From Candidatus Zixiibacteriota bacterium (GTDB lineage: Bacteria > RBG-13-66-14 > B26-G2 > WVWN01), in the NCBI GenBank assembly GCA_050117845.1, contig JASFLY010000018.1, positions 1 to 56,145 on the forward strand: a DNA stretch of 56,145 nucleotides, read 5' to 3'. The notes beneath the pieces are model-generated. The model did not search any database, was not told the DNA's origin, and was given only the letters and a program-made list of their open reading frames with translations. This document shows positions 36,701-45,635 of this stretch, piece after piece (the first letter of the stretch is position 1; every line of letters starts with the position of its first letter). A program made the position numbers and the translations under genes.

Positions 36701-38027
36701 GGGTCTTACTCTTGCGCTCGGCCTGCATGTTGTAGTAGACCGCCACCTCGTACAGGGCCGTCTCCCAGCGCTGGAGGGCCTTGTGGCGAACGTCGAGGTC
36801 TTCCTGGTTCTCGTACCACGCCGACCCGGGGCCGTAGTTGTCGACAATGCGGACGCGCGTTTTGTGTGCGTTATCGTAGTCCTCCTCGCGGAGGTAACAC
36901 TCGACCAGCGAGTCGAGGAGCTCGGGCGCCCGGCCGTAGTCGGGATAGTACTCGAGGACGGTCTCGTAGGCCGTCGCCGCCGCCCTCAGTTTGTCCTGCT
37001 TATACAGGTAAACGTCGCCCAGCTCGTGGAGGACCTCCGGCGAGTAATCGCGTTCCTTGTCGCCCTGGAACTCCTCGCCGTAGTGCCCGATGGCCTTGGC
37101 GATGGCCGTTTCGTCATTCGGGTCGCTCGACCACTCGGTGAGCGAGATGGCGGTAAACTCCATCGCCTCGTCGGTTAGCACCGACTCGCGGTCGGAACTC
37201 TCGATCAGCCTGGTGAACGCTTCGACCGATTTCTCGTACTCGACGGACGATACGCCGATGTCGCCCATGTTGTAGTACGCCCACCCCATTTTATACAGGG
37301 CTTTATCGTAGAAGTCGGGGTTGGTATCGGGGACCAGCGCGTAGTACTTCACGGCCTTGTCGAACTCGTACTGGTCGAAGAAGTACTCGCCGATGCGGAA
37401 ATACGCCTCGGGCACGAACTTGGATTCGGGGTAGAGTTGCGTCAGCTTGTAGAAAGTGCGCGCGGCCTCTTCGTCCTCGAACTGCGCTTTTAGGCAGTAA
37501 CCGAGGCCGTAATAGGCCACGTCGGCGTACGGGAATTCCTGATATTTGAGGGCAATTTGTTGATAGGCGGCGATGGTTTTCTCGTAGTGGGGCTGGGGTT
37601 CGGGCTCGGTGGTAAACTCGCCCGTTTCCATCATCGCCTCGAGGCGGAGCTGGTACTCGTCGAGCGCGTTTACGTGCTCTTCTTCCGAACGCTCCAGGTA
37701 CAATTCGCCCAGGGCTATAAGTACGTCCGGCGTGTACGGGCTTATGGGGTATTTCCCCAGAAACTCCTCGTACTTCCGGATAGAGTCGGCCCGTTTCTGG
37801 CGCTCCTCGATCGACAACTTGCCGGTCTTGTCGAGGCGCTCGGTTTCGAGCTCGTCTATCTCCTCTTGCCGGGAAGCTATTTTATCCTGGAGGTCCTCTA
37901 TAGCCGCGTCTTCCTTGGCGAGGGAATCCTCACGGGTGATGACAACTTCCTTCGGTTTGCAACCAACGGCGATAAAAATGCAAATCGCGGCCAAAGTTAT
38001 CGCCGCGCCATATCTCTTAATAGCCAT
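33714..38027 (-). CDS. Large TPR lipoprotein (GltD/AgmU-like) with a C-terminal jelly-roll sugar-binding-like domain and acidic tail
   Basis: Lipobox AVGC; EAYFRIGEYFF, YDKALYKMGWAYY and LEEQALPLEEKAI motifs; WQNQAFDDSMW..YFRKAF..LYVNG..GDNVVCVEV module; E/G/P-rich tail. Confidence 0.8.
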   Translation of the reverse strand: MAIKRYGAAITLAAICIFIAVGCKPKEVVITREDSLAKEDAAIEDLQDKIASRQEEIDELETERLDKTGKLSIEERQKRADSIRKYEEFLGKYPISPYTPDVLIALGELYLERSEEEHVNALDEYQLRLEAMMETGEFTTEPEPQPHYEKTIAAYQQIALKYQEFPYADVAYYGLGYCLKAQFEDEEAARTFYKLTQLYPESKFVPEAYFRIGEYFFDQYEFDKAVKYYALVPDTNPDFYDKALYKMGWAYYNMGDIGVSSVEYEKSVEAFTRLIESSDRESVLTDEAMEFTAISLTEWSSDPNDETAIAKAIGHYGEEFQGDKERDYSPEVLHELGDVYLYKQDKLRAAATAYETVLEYYPDYGRAPELLDSLVECYLREEDYDNAHKTRVRIVDNYGPGSAWYENQEDLDVRHKALQRWETALYEVAVYYNMQAERKSKTHPEEAKELFQEAINRYTQYLASFPTNEKAYHINFYLAESLFAVGDFANAGDQYQKTAMGYVDAERYKIEKWDEKFTQEQSLFNAIVSYDEIFQKDTEAAGEKKIPEPTAPVAAGEGEETNGLATYGPVEMPVKSLTLNEANLVRACNAFVDKYPESKEVPSVLSKVGEIYFYVDDYDRAREAYGKLVDKYPQALDDAADKQKEHNQLYVNAAESVAKSYFNEAEFYEKAGAYEAAEQKYALARQWYARTETEAKNRGVMETLDRAKSLSGLTGLKAAEMKGAGIAIEAIEEPTIEPELMVEEAAYEDFIVLYPPLPPIEASAFAAKQAEAQAYEANAADHQGTDVGRLSLGKAADTYYKIRDWDNAARVYLQYNKAYPQAEDTKMAYEKAAECYERKEDWENAASVYLTIAEKSEYKGSGLGRDSLFRAGLMYEQQKDWTRAVNTFARFVEEYPDEAKPLLEATFRQARAEEKLGRDADALENHKKVAGIYQYSEKEGFDMGGTEKYVAESLFKVTDIKYNDYAQIQFTMPQKVMEANLKKKIEQSQSLIAGYTECAGMGQDEWTVAAHCRMADVYLSFRDSLRNAEIPDELRPEFWEALPDDDPRKPLYENAYYDYTSQLEEQALPLEEKAILEYQESVNAAEGAGISTAWSRKAYDQLLLIVPYEVVKYEDVGISGFVSDSGWLTTNTLEDGWQNQAFDDSMWAPAAPSSWREKDQEKVVAEVPGSPQTIWGNSLDENVYFRKAFSFTYDPGNYEAVIQTRGPYKLYVNGTLVGQTDAYADDPWMKPDTYDVSDALHLGDNVVCVEVLRERDDSYGLRFALVPEGGFPTPEPIPGDTGVPGEEFGGVSPEEGGMPMEEWPPEGEEFGEPVPGEEEEFGGSSGEYYGESVPGEEEEFGGSAEEFGETTPVEETPSYGGEEEFGAETSGEMESESGVEAAPESEALPEPGGDSGETYEAEAGGEIDFESVGTPEETGGFGDTGAEPEEEPLGEEF
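33717..34220 (-). repeat. Low-complexity acidic peptide repeats (GEEFG / VPGEEEEFGGS)
   Basis: Repeated (G)EE(E)FG units in the protein tail and imperfect DNA direct repeats around 34000-34180. Confidence 0.7.
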
Positions 38028-38090
38028 AGTATCACCACCCTATTATAGACCCGCCGGGCGTCGATATGTATTAACCGGTGCGCAACGGCC

Positions 38091-40058
38091 TCAGGGCGTC
38101 TCCTCTCCGGGCCCTTCTTCCGGTTCCTCGGCGCCGGGTTCGGGGAGTTCTTCAGTTTCGGTTTCCCCGGCCGACACCTCTTCTTCGCTTCCGCCCTCGG
38201 CCTCGGAACCCGAACCTTCGCCCTCAGCCGGTTCTTCGGTAACTTCGGATGGAGTTTCTCCGGTCGGCTCCTCGGTCGTTTCGCCGGCGGGTTCTTCGGC
38301 CGTGCCTTCACCGCCGGGTTCGGGGAGCGTTTCGGCTGGTTCTTCCCCGGCCGCCCCTTCCTCCGGGGGCGTCCCTTCCGGCAATTCCCCGCCGGGCTCG
38401 GGAGAACCGGTCGGCGCGTACGGCGTATAACTCGGGCGGGAACTTCCGGTCTCGCCGGGCGCCATGCCCTCTTGTTCCGGGATTACGTTGTACTTCTGGA
38501 TTTCGAGCCGGTAGATGTCCTCGGGCGTTTCGAGTTCCTCGTCCTTTTGGCCGATTATAATTTGTTCCTTGCGAAGTTCGTGGATGTGGACCTCTTTTTC
38601 GAACCTTTGTTTCTCTTCTCGTATGACGCCCAACTTCTCGATCATCTTCTCGTCATACGACATGAGCTCTTTTTCAATTTCCTGGGCTTCGCGGAAAGAG
38701 ATGGTTGCGAGGCCGTAGTCGGCGCCCAGCATGACGTTCCCGCCGGTAATCGACCGGCCCGTGAACCACAACTCGAGGTCGTTGAGGTCCTCGATAAGCC
38801 GGTTGACTTCCTGCTGTTCGAGCCTAATCTGGGCCTGCACGTCCGCCCGGCCCCTGTCCTTCGCGATCTTATTCAACTCCTGAAGGGCGGTGCTGATGCG
38901 CTTGACGTTCTCGACTTCGGTTATGATGCCTTCCAGGATTTTACCGACCTGGGGGTCGCCCGCGAATTCGGCGGCGAGCGAGAAGTTATTGATGACGTAC
39001 TCGTAAGTCTCGATGGCCTTGTCGAACTTGCCCTGACCCAGGTAACAGTGCGCCAGCGTGAGCCAGGCTTCCGCGTACACCTCCGACCCTTCCATATGGT
39101 CGGTAACGCGTTTCATCAGGCCGGCGGCCCGGCGATAATGGCCCATGGCCTTGCCTTCGTCCTCTTCCTTCTCGGCGCGCTTTATCTCGACCCAGGCCAG
39201 GCCGAACACGGCGTTGTCGTAATTGGACGAATCGCGGCTCGAGACGTCGTTGAACTCGTCCTCGGCCTCGTCGTAGCGGCCCATCTGATAATGGAGTTGG
39301 CCCAACGTCACGTGGGCCTTGCCGGCCAACGTCCGCCCCAGTGCCGATTTGTGCTTGATCTCGAAGATATTCCCGAGCTGGTGAATGGCCTTCTCGACGC
39401 CGCCGGAGAGGTCGTTATCGCGCATCCCCTCGCGCAGGAAACAAAGGGCCAACGAATACTGGCCGAAACCGTAATACTCACTTCCGGAGGGGATTTCGGA
39501 GAAGGTCTTCTTCGCGTTGTTGAAATCGTTGATGCTGTAGAACGCGAGGCCGGCGAAGTACCGGGCCCCGTCGATGTCCGGCGAGTTGGGGTAGTTGCGT
39601 ATAAGCTGTTCGTAATACCCGACCGCGGCGTTGTACCGCTCCATCTTCAGGCTGGACAGCTCGAGACGGTACAGCGAGCGCGGGACGTATTCGGTCTTGG
39701 GGAAGTTCTTCAGTATGCGGTTGAAGGCCGAGGCCGCGTCCGTATACATCCCGGCCTGATAATAAGCCTCGCCCATCATAAAAGTCGCCCGGTCGACCTT
39801 GGAGAAAGAGGGGTATAGCAGGACGACTTCCTTGAACTTGACCGCGGCGTCGTAATAATTTTCGCTCTTAAAAAGACGGTAGGCCCGGTCGTACGCCGTC
39901 GAAGCCAACGCCTCGAATTCCTTGAATTTCTTGCCTTTACGGAGTTCCTCGGCGTACTCGCCGGTAAGTTCGTCGGCCGCCCACCCTCGCCCCGCGACGG
40001 CGCACGTCGTGGCGATTAATAGGAAAGCGGCTATACCTACCTTCTTGAACGTATCCAT
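38091..40058 (-). CDS. Exported TPR protein (BamD/CpoB-like repeats; GltC-like) with coiled coil and acidic tail
   Basis: Signal peptide; Y.DA...F..YP.S-type TPR repeats; YDNAVFGLAW; E/P/G-rich C-terminus. Confidence 0.78.
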   Translation of the reverse strand: MDTFKKVGIAAFLLIATTCAVAGRGWAADELTGEYAEELRKGKKFKEFEALASTAYDRAYRLFKSENYYDAAVKFKEVVLLYPSFSKVDRATFMMGEAYYQAGMYTDAASAFNRILKNFPKTEYVPRSLYRLELSSLKMERYNAAVGYYEQLIRNYPNSPDIDGARYFAGLAFYSINDFNNAKKTFSEIPSGSEYYGFGQYSLALCFLREGMRDNDLSGGVEKAIHQLGNIFEIKHKSALGRTLAGKAHVTLGQLHYQMGRYDEAEDEFNDVSSRDSSNYDNAVFGLAWVEIKRAEKEEDEGKAMGHYRRAAGLMKRVTDHMEGSEVYAEAWLTLAHCYLGQGKFDKAIETYEYVINNFSLAAEFAGDPQVGKILEGIITEVENVKRISTALQELNKIAKDRGRADVQAQIRLEQQEVNRLIEDLNDLELWFTGRSITGGNVMLGADYGLATISFREAQEIEKELMSYDEKMIEKLGVIREEKQRFEKEVHIHELRKEQIIIGQKDEELETPEDIYRLEIQKYNVIPEQEGMAPGETGSSRPSYTPYAPTGSPEPGGELPEGTPPEEGAAGEEPAETLPEPGGEGTAEEPAGETTEEPTGETPSEVTEEPAEGEGSGSEAEGGSEEEVSAGETETEELPEPGAEEPEEGPGEETP

Positions 40059-40109
40059 ATTATACGTCGCCGGGCTTGAGTTTAAAAGTTACGGGCGTCG
40101 GACGAATTT

Positions 40110-41102
40110 CTACGACCCTATTAGCTCCGCGCGGATTTCTTCGACGCGCATCTCCAGGATTTCTCGCCGCTGCCGGGCCTGCTTGAGCCGTTCCTCGGCG
40201 CGCTTCAAGCGCGAGCGGAGGGCGCGCAGACGCTCGGTTTCCGCTTTGCGGTACAGCGGCCCCACGTACATCTGAACCGCGATGCCGCCTTTGGGCGAGT
40301 CGTACTCGTCTTCGTACGTTATCCCGGTAGTGGTAGTCGTAGTGTGAGCACCCCACCACGCCTCTTCGAGTTCCGAGACGTACGGCGTTACGACGATACC
40401 CCACGGCAACTTGAACCGCGCACCCAGATTCACGTCGCGGCCGTCTATTTCCCCGAGTATGGAGATTCTTTCGTCGAGGAAATGGTATTCGACCGACCCG
40501 AACATACCCTGCCACGGTTTCGAGTGCGGCCAATCGGGATTCGTCCCCTGGAACCGGGCACTGCCTACGCCCACGTTAACCGTCACCGGGACGCGGATAA
40601 TATTCCGCATATTTTTACTGGCGACGACATAGTAGGCGTTATTCTGCCGGTCTTTGTCGGAATACCAGCAGGCTTTGGTGCCGTACGGGCCGATATCATC
40701 GTCGCCGCCAAGATTGAACGCGCCGACGGCGAATGCCGGCCACCGGGAACTCTCCTTCTTTAACAGGACTTTTACGTTCCCGGAATAAGTCTCGGGATCG
40801 TATTCCCGGACGCCGACCTCCAAGCGGCCGAAGAGGCCGAACTGGAAGAAAGCGTCAAGTTCCCTCAGGTTCTTTTGGAACGGTTCTCCTTCGTGGGTGT
40901 AGAAATCCGTCGTACCGCTCGTTAGGGCGTAACTGGAAACGCCAATGTTGAATTGGGTGTTATCCATCACGTACGCATTCGGCGTATCCAGAACGCCGTT
41001 CTGGATGTCCACGCCGGCATACGCAGCCGCCGCAACCATAATAGCCCCGGCACAGATAGCACACGCCGCCCGACTTAAACGAGCCTTAGTTAAACCATCC
41101 AT
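40110..41102 (-). CDS. YjbH-like outer membrane beta-barrel with a C-terminal coiled coil
   Basis: Signal peptide; TPNAY, GRLEVG, WPAFAVG, YYVVASK and EIDGRDVNLGAR motifs. Confidence 0.65.
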   Translation of the reverse strand: MDGLTKARLSRAACAICAGAIMVAAAAYAGVDIQNGVLDTPNAYVMDNTQFNIGVSSYALTSGTTDFYTHEGEPFQKNLRELDAFFQFGLFGRLEVGVREYDPETYSGNVKVLLKKESSRWPAFAVGAFNLGGDDDIGPYGTKACWYSDKDRQNNAYYVVASKNMRNIIRVPVTVNVGVGSARFQGTNPDWPHSKPWQGMFGSVEYHFLDERISILGEIDGRDVNLGARFKLPWGIVVTPYVSELEEAWWGAHTTTTTTGITYEDEYDSPKGGIAVQMYVGPLYRKAETERLRALRSRLKRAEERLKQARQRREILEMRVEEIRAELIGS

Positions 41103-41157
41103 TTTGTTAATCTTCCGCGTTGGGAATTAAGGAAACCCTTTATACACCACCGTTAAC

Positions 41158-41186
41158 ATTATAGTCGGTAATAGTCCAAGTGTCAA
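41158..41186 (-). promoter_or_regulatory. Consensus sigma70 promoter heading the Agl-Glt-like cluster
   Basis: Perfect TTGACA-17 nt-TATAAT on the minus strand. Confidence 0.85.
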
Positions 41187-41239
41187 GCTAAAAAACTTGA
41201 ATATCGGCCGCCCTTCCGGCAAAGTAGAGCCGGATTTAT

Positions 41240-42508
41240 TTACTCCTCCTCGCGCCGCACGATGGAAGCCCCCAGCGCGGCGAGTTTCTCATCCATCCCG
41301 TCGTAGCCGCGGTCGACATGGTAAATCCGGCGAACGTTCGTCTCCCCTTCCGCCGCCAGGCCCGCGAGGACCAGGGCCGCGCCGGCGCGCAAGTCCGAGG
41401 ACATGACGTACGCCCCGTACAGACGGTGGACGCCGTTTATGACGGCGGTGGGAGGCGTTACCTCCACGTGGGCACCCAAACGGCCCAACTCCGGTACGTG
41501 GTTATAACGGTCCGGGTAAATACTTTCCACGACGACGCTCCGCCCCGCCGCCAGTGTCAAAAGCGCCGTCATTTGTGGCTGGAGGTCCGTCGGGAAGCCG
41601 GGATAGGGGCCGGTTCGCAATTCGAGCGGCGCGACCGGGAGGTTCCCCTTCACGCGGATGCCGCCATCGCCCGGTTCGACCGCAACGCCGGCCTCGGCCA
41701 GTTTCTCGTCGAACAAGCTGAGGTAATCCGGGTCCGCCCCCTCGACGGTGACGTCGCCGCCGGTAATCGCTCCGGCCAGCATATAGGTCGCGGCCTCTAT
41801 TTGGTCCCCCATTACGGTGTGGTCGCCGGGGGAAAGGCCGGACACTCCCGTCACCGTAATTTCGGACGTTCCGCCGCCTTCTATCTTGGCGCCCATGGCC
41901 AGGAGCATATTCACCAGGTCGACGGTCTCGGGTTCGCGGGCCGCGTCCTCGATTACCGTAACGCCCTCGGCAAGCGTCGCCGCCATCAAGAGGTTGGCGG
42001 TCGCGCCCCGGCTCGGGCCCGCGGGGCCGGCCAGGTTGATGCGCGCGCCCCGCAGGGCCGGCGCGTCGGCGACGATGTAGCCGCCCTCCAGTTCGACCTT
42101 GGCGCCCAGTTCGCTGATGGCTTTGATGTGAAGGTCCACCGGCCTCGGGCCGAAGGCGCATCCGCCGGGCAGCGAAACCTCCGCCTTTTTAAATCGAGCC
42201 GCTAGCGGCCCCAACACCGCGATGGAGGCCCGCATCCGCCGAACCAGATCGTACGGCGCCACGTACTTATCCACGCCGGACGTATCTATCGCCAACACGC
42301 CCGGCTCCTCCCATTCGACGACGGCCCCCAGCGCCCGCAGGACGGCGGCCATGGTCTCGATGTCCGACAGACGCGGTACGTTCCGAAGCCGAGTTACGCC
42401 GTTGGCCAACAGCGCCGCGGCCAACATCGGCAGACAGGCGTTCTTCGACCCTTGCGCCTTTACGGTTCCTTCCAGGCGCCGGCCTCCCTGAATTACGTAC
42501 TTATCCAT
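41240..42508 (-). CDS. murA: UDP-N-acetylglucosamine 1-carboxyvinyltransferase
   Basis: True start MDKYVIQGG at 42508; GSKNACLP, MRASI, LPGGCAFGPRP, YPGFPTDLQ and DLRAGA motifs. Confidence 0.96.
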   Translation of the reverse strand: MDKYVIQGGRRLEGTVKAQGSKNACLPMLAAALLANGVTRLRNVPRLSDIETMAAVLRALGAVVEWEEPGVLAIDTSGVDKYVAPYDLVRRMRASIAVLGPLAARFKKAEVSLPGGCAFGPRPVDLHIKAISELGAKVELEGGYIVADAPALRGARINLAGPAGPSRGATANLLMAATLAEGVTVIEDAAREPETVDLVNMLLAMGAKIEGGGTSEITVTGVSGLSPGDHTVMGDQIEAATYMLAGAITGGDVTVEGADPDYLSLFDEKLAEAGVAVEPGDGGIRVKGNLPVAPLELRTGPYPGFPTDLQPQMTALLTLAAGRSVVVESIYPDRYNHVPELGRLGAHVEVTPPTAVINGVHRLYGAYVMSSDLRAGAALVLAGLAAEGETNVRRIYHVDRGYDGMDEKLAALGASIVRREEE

Positions 42509-42539
42509 TACTGCACCTCTTAATCCCGAACCGTTCGAG

Positions 42540-44474
42540 TTACATCCACCGGGGGTCGGAATACCCGAACACCGCCCGGAAAAACGGCTGCGACGCCCGT
42601 AGGTCGTCCAGGCGTTTGCGCCAGTTATCTTTCGACGGGTCCAGCCACAAGGCCCGACGGTAATACGCGATGGCGGAATTCCGGTCTCCCTCCGCCTCGT
42701 ACATGGCGGCCAGCCGGGTGTAGGGCCACGCCTCGTAAGGGTAACGACGAACGTACGCCCCCGCCAGCCGTCGGGCCTGCTCGTACTCCCCGGCGTCGGC
42801 GTAGATTTTGGCGAGTACGAAAGTTTCGGCCGCGTCCGGCCCGCCAACCTCTATGGCCTCCTCGAAATATTCCCGGGCCCTGTTGCTCTTACCGACGCTC
42901 AACGAGTAACGGCCCAGCGCGTTGTACATCACGGCCGGCGGGACGCCGACGACGTCCCCCGGCAGGCGCCGGAATAGCGCCGCGTCCGTTTTATACGCGT
43001 TGTCCCGATACAGCACGTCCATACTCTGGAGGCGGAAGCGAATGGTCCGGGGGTACCGTTCTAAAAGCTCCTGGCTGAACTCCCCGTCCGTACACACAAC
43101 GAAGATCCGGGGCCAGGTCTCGAAGAGTTTGAACACGGCCGGCCGGGGTTTCGCCTGGGCGTTGGGGCCCCCCTGGGTCTTCGTATAGAAGTGGTAACAA
43201 TCCCAGTTGCGGTAGGGCCAGACAAGGATCTTCGTCTGCCAGTTCACGTTCCGATTCACGAGCGTGACGGCCCCGCGGAAGTCCTGCACCGGCGTTTCGT
43301 ATTGTACGCGCAGGGCGGTGAAGTTGTCGACGAGCGCCCGCACGGCGCCGAGCACCAGCACGGCCGCCAGCGCCCCGGCCGCGACGTCGCGCCGGGCCTT
43401 CCCGCCCACGGCCTTCGCCGTCGCGACGAAGCCGTACGCCGCCACCGCCATGGCCGCCGGGAAAGCGAAATAACAGAACCGGGGATTCCAATATTGCGTC
43501 GTCAGGCGTATTACGGCCACCGGCAGGAATATCGGGAGCAGCACCAGCGCCATCGCGGCCGCCCCGGCGAAGCGGCCTTCCCGCCGCCAGATCGCGATTA
43601 CTCCGGCCAACGTCGCCACCAGGAACAAAACGTTCGCGGCAGCGCGGTCCCACCCCACGCTCGTAAATGCGCCGGTTATTAAGCTCGGCGTTATCGCCAT
43701 CTCCCCTCCGGGGAAACGATCGTGGTCCCGTGCCCCTTTGCTGAAGACGGGCCAGGCCGCCGCCCCGGCAGCCGCCACGGCGACGAGCAACGCCAGAAAC
43801 AGCACGGCGTAGCGCCGGGCCTTCCGGGCGTCCGCGGGTCGAAACGACGGCAGCCACCCCACGACGCCAATAAGAAGATGGGTCGCGACGACGAGCGTAG
43901 TAAAATAATGTGTGTAGAGGGCCAGTGCCGTACTAACGGCGTACAGCGGGAACCAGAGGTATTTCCGGCGTCGCCGAAAAGCGAGCACGAAAAAAGTGGA
44001 CGCGGCCGCGGCGAAGAACATGGCCAGCGCATACGGCCGGGCGTCCCGGGCGAAGTAGACGAAGCTCGGCGAGAACGCCGCCAGGGCCCCCGCCAGACAG
44101 CCGACGCGGACGTCGCCGAAGGCCGCGGCCAACGCACAGATGAAGATTATGGAGAGGACGGACGCCAGCGCCGCGGGCAGCCTCAACGACCACTCCGAGA
44201 GGCCGAACGCCTGCCGAGACCAGTGTTCCGCCAGCGCCGTGGCCGGGGGGTGGGAATCCATATCCCGTGCTTCGAATATCTCGGCCGCCGACCGGTGGTC
44301 TGCGAGGCGGGCGCCCGTTATCTCGTCGTACCACAAGCTGTGGAGGCCGAGGCGGAAAAAACTCGTAAACGCCGCCGCGGCCATGACCAACACGAGCGCC
44401 GCCCGGGCGCCGCTCAATTCGATTCGCCGACCCGCTCCTGCCATTATCCGGTATATTAAGGCAGACGCTTCCAC
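42540..44474 (-). CDS. GT-C (PMT/ArnT-like) membrane glycosyltransferase with C-terminal TPR
   Basis: SLWYDE, HPP, SEWSLRLP, ARPYAL and YTHY motifs; TPR tail. Alternative start at ATG 44444. Confidence 0.85.
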   Translation of the reverse strand: MEASALIYRIMAGAGRRIELSGARAALVLVMAAAAFTSFFRLGLHSLWYDEITGARLADHRSAAEIFEARDMDSHPPATALAEHWSRQAFGLSEWSLRLPAALASVLSIIFICALAAAFGDVRVGCLAGALAAFSPSFVYFARDARPYALAMFFAAAASTFFVLAFRRRRKYLWFPLYAVSTALALYTHYFTTLVVATHLLIGVVGWLPSFRPADARKARRYAVLFLALLVAVAAAGAAAWPVFSKGARDHDRFPGGEMAITPSLITGAFTSVGWDRAAANVLFLVATLAGVIAIWRREGRFAGAAAMALVLLPIFLPVAVIRLTTQYWNPRFCYFAFPAAMAVAAYGFVATAKAVGGKARRDVAAGALAAVLVLGAVRALVDNFTALRVQYETPVQDFRGAVTLVNRNVNWQTKILVWPYRNWDCYHFYTKTQGGPNAQAKPRPAVFKLFETWPRIFVVCTDGEFSQELLERYPRTIRFRLQSMDVLYRDNAYKTDAALFRRLPGDVVGVPPAVMYNALGRYSLSVGKSNRAREYFEEAIEVGGPDAAETFVLAKIYADAGEYEQARRLAGAYVRRYPYEAWPYTRLAAMYEAEGDRNSAIAYYRRALWLDPSKDNWRKRLDDLRASQPFFRAVFGYSDPRWM

Positions 44475-44547
44475 CTGTCAAGCGAAAGGCTCCACTCCGG
44501 CTTGACGAATCGGGGGACGGTGTAGTAAAATAGGTTGAGGTGATGAA

Positions 44548-44955
44548 ATGGCGAATATCGACGATCTTAAGAAGACGCTGGAAGAGGGCGTTAGTATCGC
44601 CCGGGAAGGCGTAGCGTACGCGGCCGAGCGCGCCGAGGACCTATCGCGCGCGGCGGCACTCCGGCTTCGCATCTTCGCGCTCCGGCGCCGCATAGAACGG
44701 TATTATACTGAGTTGGGCGAAACCGTACACGGCCTCTCCCGGAAAAAGGGAGACGTGTGGAGCGATGCCGTCGTAAAAAGACACCTCAGGAATATCGCCG
44801 CTCAGGAATCGGAAATCGACAAGTTGTTCGCCGAACTCGACGGCGCTTCCCGGGCGGAGGCTAAGGGAACGAAGAAGGCCGGCCCGGCGGCAAACAAGAA
44901 GGGCCCGAGGAAGACGGGGCGTCGGCGCAAGGCCGGCCCGAAGAAAAATGCGTAA
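44548..44955 (+). CDS. Hypothetical coiled-coil protein with a Lys/Arg-rich tail
   Basis: GAGGTG RBS; upstream TTGACG...TAAAAT promoter-like element; overlaps the next gene's start. Confidence 0.75.
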   Translation: MANIDDLKKTLEEGVSIAREGVAYAAERAEDLSRAAALRLRIFALRRRIERYYTELGETVHGLSRKKGDVWSDAVVKRHLRNIAAQESEIDKLFAELDGASRAEAKGTKKAGPAANKKGPRKTGRRRKAGPKKNA

Positions 44956-45625
44956 ATCCTTCCTCGCAATCCTAATCGCGACGGCCGCCCTAGCCGCCGT
45001 CGTCGGCGCCCAGGAAACGCCCCTTTCGCCGGCGAGTTCCGAAGGCTACGTTATCGGCGAGACCGACGTACTGAGTATCCGCGTCGCGGGCGAACCGGAT
45101 CTCACCGGGGATTATACCGTCCGCCTGGACGGTATGATAACGTTCCCGTACGTCGGCGAGATGCGCGCCGCCGGCGTTTCCCTTCCGGCCTTCAACCGCG
45201 AGTTACGCGACGGACTCTCCGTCTATTACAAAAACCCCCAGGTCGTCGTCGAAGTAGACGAATATAATTCGTGCGTCGTGTACGTTCTGGGAGAAGTCCA
45301 AAAGCCCGGCGTTTACGAGTTCAACGGCCGCACGACGCTGCTCGAGATAGTGGCCACGGCCGGCGGTTACAAAAAGACCGCCGCCCGGGCCAGCACCATG
45401 GTCGTTCGGTCGTTCGAAACCGAGCCCCAGGTCATGCGCATCGACATGGAGAAAGTCATCGACGAGGGCGTCATCACGCTGAACGTCCCGCTCGACAAGG
45501 GCGACGTCATCGTCGTACCCGGGACCTTCATCGCCAATCTCAACGAATTCCTAGCGGATATTACGCCCTCCCTGTCGGCCTATCTGAGGGCCAACAACGT
45601 CTATCGGGCGAGCTGGGAGAGGTAA
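44948..45625 (+). CDS. Polysaccharide biosynthesis/export protein (Wza/OPX, Poly_export + SLBB)
   Basis: YVIGETDVLSI, VRLDGMITFPYVG, VYVLGEVQKPG and GDVIVVP motifs. Confidence 0.9.
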   Translation: MRKSFLAILIATAALAAVVGAQETPLSPASSEGYVIGETDVLSIRVAGEPDLTGDYTVRLDGMITFPYVGEMRAAGVSLPAFNRELRDGLSVYYKNPQVVVEVDEYNSCVVYVLGEVQKPGVYEFNGRTTLLEIVATAGGYKKTAARASTMVVRSFETEPQVMRIDMEKVIDEGVITLNVPLDKGDVIVVPGTFIANLNEFLADITPSLSAYLRANNVYRASWER

Positions 45626-45635
45626 TAACGCGGTA

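Noticed and set aside
34995..37178. Long antisense ORFs (727 aa here; also 8187-9821, 52848-54848, 12534-13829 and others)
   Set aside because: Shadow ORFs opposite well-supported genes, expected at high GC3; no recognisable motifs.
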